64,000 nt of DNA from Candidatus Poribacteria bacterium. GTDB lineage: Bacteria; Poribacteria; WGA-4E; WGA-3G. Made by a program: the position numbers and the translations under genes. The notes beneath the pieces were generated by a model that was given only the letters and a program-made list of their open reading frames with translations, searched no databases and was not told the DNA's origin. The DNA is taken from NCBI GenBank assembly GCA_965242965.1, contig OZ251518.1:4608001-4672000 (forward strand). The letters run 5' to 3'. Of the stretch, positions 1-9,270 are shown one piece after another; the stretch's first letter is position 1, and each line of letters starts with the position of its first letter.

Positions 1-132
1 TTCTTCTGCGGCGGGCATGTCTTTATCGGGTAGCACCATCTCCATGACAGAGTTGGGCGGATCTCCGCAACCCCAGCAGCAGAGCAACAGCAGGGTCAAA
101 AATAACGTTAACGTTCTGTTCAAAAAGGTCAT
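1..132 (-). CDS. Putative lipoprotein, 5' part only (runs off window start)
   Basis: ATG at 132 after AAGGAG; translates MTFLNRTLTLFLTLLLLCWGCGDPPNS..., a signal peptide with lipobox-like CWGC; not in ORF track. Confidence 0.6.
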   Translation of the reverse strand, partial: MTFLNRTLTLFLTLLLLCCWGCGDPPNSVMEMVLPDKDMPAAEE

Positions 133-206
133 GCCGGTCTCCTTAAACTTGGTAGATAATAATCTGGCCGTACCGCCGTGCGCCGCTATCCTGCAACGCG
201 CAGGGG

Positions 207-365
207 TTAACGGGCGTTGATGAAGGGGGGGCTTTTCAGGGTGGATGCGTCACCGGCGGGCGCAAGCGCGCGGAATCTTTGCAGCGGGTGCTGCAATACC
301 GCGGTGACGGTAGGTTTCAGGCGGACAACAATGCCCGCGAAAATGACAGAGAATAGGATTCTCAT
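207..365 (-). CDS. Possible small 52-aa ORF
   Basis: AAGGAG RBS upstream and a TTGACA-17-TATAAT promoter at 450-422; MRILFSVIFAGIVVRLK...; no recognisable domain. Confidence 0.3.
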   Translation of the reverse strand: MRILFSVIFAGIVVRLKPTVTAVLQHPLQRFRALAPAGDASTLKSPPFINAR

Positions 366-421
366 TTGTTTTTTCTCCTTTAAATTGATGTAAAAATGAT
401 CGAAAATTAAACACTGTCTTA

Positions 422-450
422 ATTATACCATTTTTTTACGTTTTTGTCAA
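422..450 (-). promoter_or_regulatory. Sigma70-type promoter
   Basis: TTGACA-N17-TATAAT on the minus strand. Confidence 0.65.
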
Positions 451-467
451 ATTAAAAAATATGAGCG

Positions 468-800
468 GGATTTACAAGATTATTATGATTAGCAAGATTG
501 GAACAGAAAACTGTAGTTCGGGATCGCCTGATCCCGAAACGGGCAAGATCAAGGCCGCCTCATCTACCGTAGCGCGGGGGCCTGTCCCCCGCGATCGCCC
601 GACCCGCGCGAAAAACGCACGCCGACCAACGCCGTTTCTCGTTCCAATCGCGGCATGGCGAGGGACAGGCCCTCGCCCTACGGTGACGACGCTCTAATCT
701 TGCTAATCTTGATAAATCTTGAAAATCCTGCTCCAATCCTTGCGAATCTTGTAAATCCTGCAAATCCTGCTCCAATCCTGATAATCCTTGACAAAAATCC
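468..800. repeat. REP module cluster flanked by inverted AATCC/AATCT-rich short repeats
   Basis: GTAGTTCGGGATCGCCTGATCCCGAA, GTAGCGCGGGGGCCTGTCCCCCGCG and inverted GTAGGGCGAGGGCCTGTCCCTCGCC; 468-502 is an imperfect inverse of about 693-730. Confidence 0.8.
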
Positions 801-816
801 TATTTTTTGATACAAT
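788..816 (+). promoter_or_regulatory. Sigma70-type promoter for the symporter operon
   Basis: TTGACA-N17-TACAAT; GAGGAG RBS before ATG 862. Confidence 0.65.
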
Positions 817-861
817 GTTTTGTAGGAATCCCGAAAAACCTTAAAATGAGGAGAATCCTGC

Positions 862-1146
862 ATGAAAACATCGGATAGAAAGCGCGCCTATTGGCGGAAA
901 AACCTGCAATACCTCGCCATCTTACTCGGCATCTGGTTCGCCACGTCATTCCTCTGCTCCATCGTGTTCGTCGAGCAGTTGGACCGGATTCAAATCGGCG
1001 GCTATCGCATCGGGTTCTATTTCGCGCAACAGGCATCCATCTGGATTTTTGTCGAACTCATTTTTGTCTACGCAATGCTGATGAACCGGCTTGATAAAAA
1101 ATACCGGGCATCCGAAGAAGAATCGGAGGGAGAAACGCAACCATGA
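862..1146 (+). CDS. DUF4212-family small membrane subunit of a sodium:solute symporter
   Basis: AYWRKNL..., GFYFAQQASI motif, 2 TM; ATGA overlap with the symporter. Confidence 0.85.
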   Translation: MKTSDRKRAYWRKNLQYLAILLGIWFATSFLCSIVFVEQLDRIQIGGYRIGFYFAQQASIWIFVELIFVYAMLMNRLDKKYRASEEESEGETQP

Positions 1147-2840
1147 ACGTGCAAACATGGACTTTCGTCATGGTAGGGATCTCCTTCGCGCTGTATATCG
1201 GCGTGGCAATCTGGTCCAAGGCGAAATCAACCGGGGATTTCTACGTCGCCGGGAGCAACGTGCATCCCATCGTCAACGGCCTTGCAACCGCCGCCGATTG
1301 GATGAGTGCCGCCTCCTTCATCTCCATGGCAGGACTCATCGCCTTCATGGGCCGCGACGGCTCCGTCTATCTGCTCGGATGGACAGGCGGCTATGTTTTG
1401 CTCGCGATGTTGTTGGCACCCTACCTCCGGAAATTCGGGAAATACACCGTTCCGGATTTCGTCGGCGAACGGTATTATTCGCAACTGGCGCGGATTGTCG
1501 CCGTGGTGTGCGCCATCTTCGTCTCGTTTACCTACGTCGCCGGACAAATGCGCGGTGTCGGCATCGTCTTCTCCCGGTTCCTGAACGTCAACATCGATGT
1601 CGGCGTGTTCATCGGCATGGGCATCGTCTTCTTTTACGCCGTGCTTGGGGGCATGAAAGGCATCACCTACACGCAGGTAGCGCAATACTGCGTCCTGATC
1701 TTCGCCTATCTCGTGCCTGCCATTTTCATCTCTATTCTTATCACCGACAACGTGATTCCGCAGATGGGACTTGTCGCGAAAGTCGCCGATGGCTCCGGTA
1801 TGTATCTCCTTGATAGACTCAACGGCCTCAACGAAGAACTCGGCTTTAACCGATACACCGATGGGAGCAAAGCCACTATTGATGTCTTTTTTATCACGGC
1901 GGCGTTGATGCTCGGCACAGCGGGATTGCCGCACGTTATCATTCGGTTTTACACGGTGCGCCGTGCATCCGAGGCACGCATCTCTGCGGGATGGGCTTTG
2001 CTGTTCATCGCGATTCTCTATACCACTGCCCCCGCGGTCGCCGTGTTCGCCCGCACGAACCTCCTCAAAACTGTCAGGGTTGAACAGAACGGCGAGATGA
2101 CCGATGTCAAATATCAGGATGTGCCGGAATGGTTCAAGAACTGGGAGATGACAGGACTTATCAAGTTTGAAGATAGAAACGGCGATGGCAAGATCCAATA
2201 CCGCGGCCCGAAATCCGATGTGCCGAATGAACTCACGATTGACAGGGACATCATGGTGCTAGCAAACCCGGAAATCGCAAGACTGCCGAACTGGATAGTC
2301 GGGTTAGTCGCCGCTGGCGGTTTGGCGGCTGCGCTGTCTACGGCAGCAGGTTTACTCCTCGTCATCTCCACTGCTGTCGCGCATGATCTCCTGAAAGGCG
2401 CGCTTGTGCCAGAGTTGAGTGAGAGACAGGAATTAGGCGCGGCGCGTATCGCCGCGGGCATCGCTGTCTGCATCGCCGGATATTTCGGGATGAACCCGCC
2501 GGGATTTGTCGGGCAAGTCGTTGCATTTGCCTTTGGGCTCGCCGCGAGCTCATTTTTTCCGGCTATTGTGATGGGCATTTTCTCTAAACGGATGAACAAA
2601 GCAGGGGCGATCAGCGGGATGATTATCGGTATCACATTTACGGCGACTTACATCATCTATTTCAAATTTATCAATCCGGCACAGAATACGCCGGCGCATT
2701 GGTGGTGGGGCATTTCGCCGGAGGGCATCGGCACGCTGGGGATGATGATGAACTTTATTGTTTCCATCGCCGTATCGGCATTGACACCGCCGCCCCCTGT
2801 TGAAGTGCAAGCGTTAGTTGATGATATTCGGGTTCCGTGA
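1143..2840 (+). CDS. actP: Sodium:solute symporter, cation/acetate symporter (ActP-like)
   Basis: FYVAG, NGLATAADWMSAASFIS, GTAGLPHVIIRFYTV, GGLAAALSTAAGLLL motifs; many TM helices. Confidence 0.85.
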   Translation: MNVQTWTFVMVGISFALYIGVAIWSKAKSTGDFYVAGSNVHPIVNGLATAADWMSAASFISMAGLIAFMGRDGSVYLLGWTGGYVLLAMLLAPYLRKFGKYTVPDFVGERYYSQLARIVAVVCAIFVSFTYVAGQMRGVGIVFSRFLNVNIDVGVFIGMGIVFFYAVLGGMKGITYTQVAQYCVLIFAYLVPAIFISILITDNVIPQMGLVAKVADGSGMYLLDRLNGLNEELGFNRYTDGSKATIDVFFITAALMLGTAGLPHVIIRFYTVRRASEARISAGWALLFIAILYTTAPAVAVFARTNLLKTVRVEQNGEMTDVKYQDVPEWFKNWEMTGLIKFEDRNGDGKIQYRGPKSDVPNELTIDRDIMVLANPEIARLPNWIVGLVAAGGLAAALSTAAGLLLVISTAVAHDLLKGALVPELSERQELGAARIAAGIAVCIAGYFGMNPPGFVGQVVAFAFGLAASSFFPAIVMGIFSKRMNKAGAISGMIIGITFTATYIIYFKFINPAQNTPAHWWWGISPEGIGTLGMMMNFIVSIAVSALTPPPPVEVQALVDDIRVP

Positions 2841-2844
2841 GTAA

Positions 2845-3640
2845 CGCGCGCGGGGGACAGGCCATCGCGATGCGGGACAGGAACGTTCCCCCCAACCGTA
2901 GGGCGAGGGCCTGTCCCTCGCCATGCCTCGATCGGGAAGGAAAACGGCCTTGGGCGGCGTTCGATTTTCGCGCAGGTCGTGCGCTCGCGGGGGACAGGCC
3001 CCCGCGCTACGGGCCCGGAAGGGTTCTCCTCAAGGTCCGTAGGACCTTAATGTCTATAGCGCGCGCGCGGATGCAATACTCCTCAAGGTCCTTTAGGTCC
3101 TTAATGTTTCCGCCTGCTGCGCGTCTGATGTCTATTAAGGACCTAAAGGACCTTAGCGTTTTTTTGTCAGCGGGGTTTCTATAGACATGCAGGACCTAAA
3201 GGACCTGAAGAGATGTTTTCACGTGAGTGCTCGCGGGGGCCAGGCCCCCGCGCTACGGTAGGCGATGCCGTCTCCCTTTGCCGTAGGGCGAGGGCCTGTC
3301 CCTCGCCGTGCCTCGATCGGGAGGGAAAACGGCCTTGGGCGGCGTTCGATTTTCGCGCAGGTCGTGCGCTCGCGGGGGCCAGGCCCCCGCGCTACGGGCC
3401 CGGAAGGGTTCTCCTCAAGGTCCGCAGGACCTTAATGTCTATAGCGCGCGGATGCAATACCTCTCAAGGTCCTTTAGGTCCTTAATGTTCCCGCCTGCTG
3501 CGTGTGTGCTGCCTATTAAGGACCTAAAGGACCTTAGTGTTTCTTTTGGTCTGGGATACTATAGGCATGCAGGACCTAAAGGACCTGAAGAGATGTTTTC
3601 ACGTGAACGTTCGCGGGAGACAGGTCCCCGCGCTACGGTG
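2845..3640. repeat. Tandem duplication (period about 385 bp) of a REP-module cassette
   Basis: 2896-3259 and 3281-3639 are near identical; both contain GTAG hairpins and AAGGTCCTTTAGGTCCTTAAT / ATTAAGGACCTAAAGGACCTT inverted pairs. Confidence 0.9.
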
Positions 3641-3686
3641 CTAAAACGGGGCCTGGCATCCTATATTTTTCAAACGGAGGTGCACC

Positions 3687-5360
3687 ATGCAACAAAAACT
3701 GATAACGACGACTTTGCTTATCACCTTTTTCGCAATAGCGGCGAACGCAGCGAAGGTGCAAGACTTCATTCCGCAAGAGAGCGCGTTCTATCTCCAAGCG
3801 CGCGATTTGGACGAAGTTTATGCCGAACTCGAATTATCCGAAAGTTGGAAGGAGGCGCAGGCACTCTTGCAGACATTTGCCCCCGAAGCACAACAAGGCT
3901 TCACAATGGGCATGACGCTGTTCGGGACAGACTTGCGCGGACTCGCCGAGACAGTAGGCTATCGCACCGGCATCGCTGTTTGGCAAAACGACGCGGGAGA
4001 AACGCAAATCGGCATCCTCGTCCATTCTGGCGGGAATATCGGGGAGCTCCAACGACTCACCAAAATCCTCGCCGGGATGATAGGCATGAACCAAGGCAGG
4101 TTGATTCCGGAAGCGGGAACATACCGGAAGGTTAACTACAACACGCTTGAGGCTCCTGAACTTTTCATCAACTACGGGTTCGTTGACGAATTTCTGGTCG
4201 CGGGCATCGGGAAAGGCAGTTTCGAGAAACTCATTGATACTTTCCGAAAGCATGAACCGTCTATCGCCAAGAAATCGGGCTTTGCCGCCGGGACTAAGAA
4301 ACTCGGTGCTGGTGAGATTACGGCGTTCGTCGACGTTCAAAAGGCTATGCCGATGCTCAAAAATTTGAGCGACAACAATCTGAAACAATTGCGGTGTTTC
4401 AAGTATGCATACGCCCGGCTCAATTTGCTAGAATCCGGGGAATGCCTTCAGGTTTACACCCAATTCACGCCGTCGGGGCCGCAAGATAAAGACATCCGAA
4501 TGTTCCTGAAGGAAGGAAAGCAACTGCGAACACTCAAAGCACTTTCTGGGGAGGAAGAGTTGTTTGTTGCCGTGGGACCCTCGTATTCGGAGGCGGTATG
4601 GGAATTAGTGCGCGCGGGGATTGCGAACGATGCTGCTGGCGACGTTTACGCTGCCATCTCCTTTTTTGAAGGGATTTTGAACCTCGATTTGGAGGCGGAT
4701 GTGATGGCGGGACTCACCGGCGAACTCGCCTTGTCCATATCCGATTTCCAGCTGTTTGAGCCCGAGGCACTCAGTAACGTTAGAATTCAGTCTGAGAATT
4801 CATTGGAGCTAGATTTAGCCGATGTGGAGACGCAGGGAGGGTTAATTTTCAGTGCCAGCAACCCGGCAAAACTGAACCTTATCGGCAACAGCATCTCTAA
4901 TGCAACTAATGCGGCCGTTTCGCAGATGGATTACCGCGGCACGACAGTGTCCGAGTTCGGCGAGAATGCCTATCATTGCGAAAGTGATGGCCTCTTTCTG
5001 TTCAGTTTCTCGGAAGAGCAAATCTACTCCCTCATTGACACGGTGCAGGAAAAAAAGAAGCCGGCTGCCTTAAAACTGCTACCCAAGAAACCGACAGCGG
5101 TGTTGCAACTCAACCTCGCACGGTTGCTAGAAACGACAGGAAATCCTCTCCCACCGGAAATGGAACTTGTCGATGCAAAGGAAGTTTCGCCGTTGCTTGC
5201 ATGGCTTTCGGTGAAAGGCAATGAGGCGTTAGTGGAAGCGGTCTTCTCTGAAGAAGAAGCACCGCTTGAGGCGTTGGCGCGATTGGCACCACTTATCGCG
5301 TGGCATCTGCAAAATCAGCAGACAGAAACACCCGAGGCGGAAGGAGAAACGCGCGAATGA
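3687..5360 (+). CDS. Secreted hypothetical protein (DUF3352-like)
   Basis: GGAGG RBS; signal peptide ending AANA; 557-aa ORF. Confidence 0.7.
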   Translation: MQQKLITTTLLITFFAIAANAAKVQDFIPQESAFYLQARDLDEVYAELELSESWKEAQALLQTFAPEAQQGFTMGMTLFGTDLRGLAETVGYRTGIAVWQNDAGETQIGILVHSGGNIGELQRLTKILAGMIGMNQGRLIPEAGTYRKVNYNTLEAPELFINYGFVDEFLVAGIGKGSFEKLIDTFRKHEPSIAKKSGFAAGTKKLGAGEITAFVDVQKAMPMLKNLSDNNLKQLRCFKYAYARLNLLESGECLQVYTQFTPSGPQDKDIRMFLKEGKQLRTLKALSGEEELFVAVGPSYSEAVWELVRAGIANDAAGDVYAAISFFEGILNLDLEADVMAGLTGELALSISDFQLFEPEALSNVRIQSENSLELDLADVETQGGLIFSASNPAKLNLIGNSISNATNAAVSQMDYRGTTVSEFGENAYHCESDGLFLFSFSEEQIYSLIDTVQEKKKPAALKLLPKKPTAVLQLNLARLLETTGNPLPPEMELVDAKEVSPLLAWLSVKGNEALVEAVFSEEEAPLEALARLAPLIAWHLQNQQTETPEAEGETRE

Positions 5361-6370
5361 ACCGAATCTACTTCGGCGACAACTTGGAAATCTTACGCGA
5401 GTTACCAGATAATTCCGTAGATTGCGGCTACGCTGATCCGCCGTTCAACAGCGGGCGTGTCTACAACACCTTTCTCGTCAACTCCCAAGCGCAGAAGAAG
5501 GCGTTCACCGATATCTGGCGATGGGACGATGCGGCGAGAGATACACGCGCCTTTGTTGCGGAACAAACCACTGCAACCTATCAACGGCTCAACAAATGCC
5601 TTCAAGGCTACGATTTGGTGCTTCAGGAGGCAACGAACGGCAATAAAGGTTCGATGCGCGCCTATCTCGCCTTCATGGCACCGCGCCTCGCCGAGGTGCA
5701 TCGCGTGCTGAAAGAGACAGGTTCGTTTTATCTGCACTGCGATGCGACAGCATCGCACTATCTCAAGGGGGTTCTTGACACGATTTTTGACGCGAAGAAT
5801 CTGAAGGATAACAAAAACTTCAGAAACGAAATCGTGTGGTGCTACACCGGTCCGAGCAATACGAAGAAGTGGTTCCCGCGGAAGCATGATACGCTCCTCT
5901 TCTATACCGTCGCTGAGCAGGGACACACGTTCAATCCCGATGCCGTGAAGATTCCCTACAAAAAACGCCAGACTGGAAAAACGCAGGGAATTTTTAAAGC
6001 GGATTATGAACTTGATGCGCGCGGGAAAATCCCAGAGGACTATTGGCTGGAAGAACGTGATAACATGACACCTGTCGGCAGACTGGCAAACGAACGGCTG
6101 GGGTATCCGACGCAAAAGCCGCGGGCTTTGCTGGAACGTCTCATCAAAGCATCCACGAACGAGGGTGACATCGTCCTCGATCCCTTCTGTGGCGGCGGGA
6201 CAACCCTCGATGCCGCCGAAACCCTCAACCGGCGTTGGATCGGCATCGATCTGACTATCCTCGCGCTGGATCCGGTGCAGCGACGACTGAGGGAGAGACA
6301 TGGCCTGGAACCTTCGGTGGATTATGAAATTTTCGGCTATCCGACTCGTGAAACTGCCGTGGCGGATTGA
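5357..6370 (+). CDS. Site-specific DNA methyltransferase, N4/N6 beta class
   Basis: MNRIYFGDNLEIL, DPPFNS, GYPTQKP, LDPFCGGGTT; ATG 5357 overlaps the upstream stop. Confidence 0.9.
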   Translation: MNRIYFGDNLEILRELPDNSVDCGYADPPFNSGRVYNTFLVNSQAQKKAFTDIWRWDDAARDTRAFVAEQTTATYQRLNKCLQGYDLVLQEATNGNKGSMRAYLAFMAPRLAEVHRVLKETGSFYLHCDATASHYLKGVLDTIFDAKNLKDNKNFRNEIVWCYTGPSNTKKWFPRKHDTLLFYTVAEQGHTFNPDAVKIPYKKRQTGKTQGIFKADYELDARGKIPEDYWLEERDNMTPVGRLANERLGYPTQKPRALLERLIKASTNEGDIVLDPFCGGGTTLDAAETLNRRWIGIDLTILALDPVQRRLRERHGLEPSVDYEIFGYPTRETAVAD

Positions 6371-6422
6371 CGCGCGGTATTTTAAGGGAACGCAGTTAAA
6401 GATTGACATCTGATACTAAATT

Positions 6423-6935
6423 GAGGGTGTTTCATAAATCGCTCAACGTCGTGGTGCCAGCCCCCCGCGTTACGATAAAAAACGCCACCTCCTCATCGTA
6501 GGGCGAGGGCCTGTCCCTCGCCATCGCTCGCGTCATCCAACGCTCGCGGGGGACAGGCCCCCGCGCTACGGTGAAAAAACGCCTCCCCTCACCGTAGGGC
6601 GAGGGCCTGTCCCTCGCCATCGTTCTCGCGCCAGGCCCTGTAGGGCAGGATCGCCTGATCCTGACCCGTTTGTGATCAGGCGATCACAAACTACAGAAGA
6701 GGAAACACACATCATGACGATGGAGCTCGCGGGGGACAGGCCCCCGCGCTACGGGAAAAAAACGCCTGTCCCTCACCGTAGGGCGAGGGCCCTCGGATGC
6801 CACACGCGCAGGCGAGCGGGTTCCCCTCGCGAGCTAGCGTCATCCAACGCTCGCGGGGGACAGGCCCCGCGCTACGGGACAATCGAGACCAGGAGGTCTC
6901 TCCTACGGGAAGGCATCGAAATATGAAACACCCTC
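6423..6935. mobile_element. MITE: GAGGGTGTTTCATA TIRs, REP-module interior
   Basis: TIRs at both ends; ACTAAATT duplicated at 6415-6422 and 6936-6943. Confidence 0.85.
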
Positions 6936-6973
6936 ACTAAATTATTCGGTTTCCCGAAAAACGGAAGAAAAAC

Positions 6974-7002
6974 TTGACATCCGCATATTTTTGTGGTAAA
7001 CT
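6974..7002 (+). promoter_or_regulatory. Sigma70-type promoter
   Basis: TTGACA-N17-TAAACT with extended TG. Confidence 0.6.
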
Positions 7003-7039
7003 TAACATAAGATTTATCATGAAGGAAGGAGAAACGACA

Positions 7040-8026
7040 ATGCAAACCAAAATGCAAACCAAAGCGCAAACCAATCAACACACCGCGGCGATATACCCCG
7101 CTTACCGCGAGGCACCGCCGCCGCCGCTCCCTTACGAGTTGGCTTTTGACGACGATACGGACTATCCCGAATCGGATGGACAACCTATGGCTGAAACCGA
7201 ACTGAATCGCGACCTGATGATTGACTCGATCCTGACGCTTAAAGCGCGCTTTCAAGACGTGCCGGATGTCTGCGTCTCCGGCGACATGCTCATGTATTAC
7301 GTCATGAAAGATCCGAAGAAATCGGTGGCACCGGATATCTTTGTCACCTTCGGTGTTGAAAAGAAGCAGCGGCGCATCTACCGTATCTGGGAGGAAGGGA
7401 AGCCGCCGGATTTCGTGCTAGAGTTTTCGAGCCAGCGCACGTTTGCCAACGATTTGGGTCCGAAGAAAACGCTCTACGCGGAAGTGCTTGGTGTTCGGGA
7501 ATACTTCCTTTTCGATGCGGAGCGTGAGTATTTGCCCACCCCGTTGATGGGCTTCCGCCTCGTCGGCACCGAGTACGTTCCTATCCGTCCGGAGCCAGAT
7601 GGTAAACTCTTCGCCGAGACATTGGGATTATCCCTCGGCTTACGCGGGGACGGTTTCGGCTACTATGATGCGGTTGCGGGGCGGTGGTTAGAGACACCGA
7701 TGGATGAGGCGGCAGCGAAGGTCGAGGAAGCCTCAGCCCTGGCAGACCGGCTCGCGGCAGAAGCGGCACAGGCAAAGGAAAACGCCGCGCGGGAAGTTCT
7801 TGCGCGCCAACACGCCGAAGGCCTGGTGCAAGAAGAAGCCGCCGCGCGCCAACACGCCGAAGAGGAACGTCAGCACGCCGAAGCAGAGGCAGAGCGAAAA
7901 CGCGCTGAGGCGGCACAAGCCGATGCAAGAGCCGACCAGACCGAAGATGAACTCGCGGAACTCCGAGCGGCTTACCGACAATTGCAAATCGAATTAGAAC
8001 GCCAGAAGTCCTCGGATATAGAATGA
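7040..8026 (+). CDS. Uma2 (DUF820) family endonuclease-fold protein with a C-terminal coiled coil
   Basis: YPESDGQPMAET, VAPDIFV, PPDFVLEFSS, GVREYFLFD; ARQHAE-type repeats; AAGGAG RBS. Confidence 0.9.
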   Translation: MQTKMQTKAQTNQHTAAIYPAYREAPPPPLPYELAFDDDTDYPESDGQPMAETELNRDLMIDSILTLKARFQDVPDVCVSGDMLMYYVMKDPKKSVAPDIFVTFGVEKKQRRIYRIWEEGKPPDFVLEFSSQRTFANDLGPKKTLYAEVLGVREYFLFDAEREYLPTPLMGFRLVGTEYVPIRPEPDGKLFAETLGLSLGLRGDGFGYYDAVAGRWLETPMDEAAAKVEEASALADRLAAEAAQAKENAAREVLARQHAEGLVQEEAAARQHAEEERQHAEAEAERKRAEAAQADARADQTEDELAELRAAYRQLQIELERQKSSDIE

Positions 8027-8187
8027 AGGATGGAAGGCCAGGACGATTCGGTTTTCCGACGAACCCTGTGAAGGCGGATGTCTAGCTTTGTAGGCGAGAC
8101 CTCCTGGTCTCGATGCGAGCGAAGATCTCTCCTACAAAGGCGGTATTTCAAGGAAGATTATCGCCTCACGATACGGAGACGATTTCA

Positions 8188-8589
8188 ATGTTTGCGCGCC
8201 TGAAGAACATTCACCCGAAATCCGAAGCATTCATGTATCTCGGTATAGCAATCATAGGGCTTATCGGGCTTTTCTGGGGTTACACAGGGCTGCAGGTTCA
8301 CCAAGAGATAGAAGAGGCACTGCGTCGCCGGGAGCGAAAAGATTGGCTCACGCCGCAACAGCGTGAGGCAGAACGCCGGTATCATCAGGTGAAAATCATC
8401 GCAGGCGGACTGATGCTGTTATGCAGCGTCGCGGGCCTGAGGGCAGCCTATATCAAATCGGGACAACCGCACGCGCCGAGTGCGTGGCATCGAAACCCTG
8501 TCGTGTTGACGCGTATCTCTTGGGGGTTGTTCGGTGTCGCGTTGGTTATCCTGTTCATCGACGTTTGGCTCGGTTTCACGCGAGGCTAA
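8188..8589 (+). CDS. Small 3-TM membrane protein (probable paralog 1)
   Basis: GGAG RBS; three hydrophobic segments; IIAGG shared with the next gene. Confidence 0.6.
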   Translation: MFARLKNIHPKSEAFMYLGIAIIGLIGLFWGYTGLQVHQEIEEALRRRERKDWLTPQQREAERRYHQVKIIAGGLMLLCSVAGLRAAYIKSGQPHAPSAWHRNPVVLTRISWGLFGVALVILFIDVWLGFTRG

Positions 8590-8594
8590 CGCCA

Positions 8595-8930
8595 ATGCTT
8601 TCACGTTTCAAAATGTCCAACCGAAACGCGTTGTGGGTGATATGCTTATGTTGTTTATTCAACGGGATACTTCTACTAATGGAGGTTTACGTTGATTGGC
8701 AACGTGGACACGGAAAGCATCAATACCTCATCATCGCGGGTGGAGGCTTCTTGTTAGCTAGCCTCGTTTGGCTAATTGGGCTTACCCAATCTAGGAAGCC
8801 GCAATCCTCGGCATTTTTAGAGGGACATTCTGTCCTTATCAACCTTGGCGCGATTTCAATAGCGGTGAGTTTGATTCTGAATCTCATTGATTTCGTCGAT
8901 TTCATCGCAATCGATTTTACGGGAGGCTAA
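8595..8930 (+). CDS. Small 3-TM membrane protein (paralog 2)
   Basis: Starts MLSRFKMSN; GAGG RBS. Confidence 0.7.
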   Translation: MLSRFKMSNRNALWVICLCCLFNGILLLMEVYVDWQRGHGKHQYLIIAGGGFLLASLVWLIGLTQSRKPQSSAFLEGHSVLINLGAISIAVSLILNLIDFVDFIAIDFTGG

Positions 8931-8935
8931 CGCCA

Positions 8936-9250
8936 ATGCTTTCACGTTTCAAAATGTCCAACGGCAGGGCGATACGGGTCATGTGTGTTAGTTGTTTATT
9001 CAACGGGACCCTCCATCTCGTTAAAGCTGCCGTTGAATGGCAACGCGGCGGCTTGGATTATGGACGCGACATTGCTGTCGGTGGCATTTTCTTTATTAGT
9101 GGCGTAATCTGGTTCATTTCGCTTTACTTCCAATCAAGAAATAAACGCGCCTCGGCATATTTAGAGGAACATTCTGTCATTATGAGCTTTTCGGCGATTT
9201 TAATGGCAGCAGCGTTGATTTTTCACCTGGTCATTGTCTTCACAAGATGA
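8936..9250 (+). CDS. Small 3-TM membrane protein (paralog 3)
   Basis: Starts MLSRFKMSN; CLFNG, WQRG and SAxLExHSV shared with paralog 2. Confidence 0.7.
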   Translation: MLSRFKMSNGRAIRVMCVSCLFNGTLHLVKAAVEWQRGGLDYGRDIAVGGIFFISGVIWFISLYFQSRNKRASAYLEEHSVIMSFSAILMAAALIFHLVIVFTR

Positions 9251-9270
9251 CAAAAACGGAGGAATTCAGA

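Noticed and set aside
1227-2198. Long antisense ORFs (also 5402..6409, 23797..24582, 62088..63737)
   Set aside because: Shadows of well-supported genes in GC-rich DNA
2837-3686. ORFs such as 2837..3184, 3213..3485 and other ARGPVPR/RARACPSP/GDRPPRYG ORFs across the window
   Set aside because: They are translations of REP modules without RBS or domain signal
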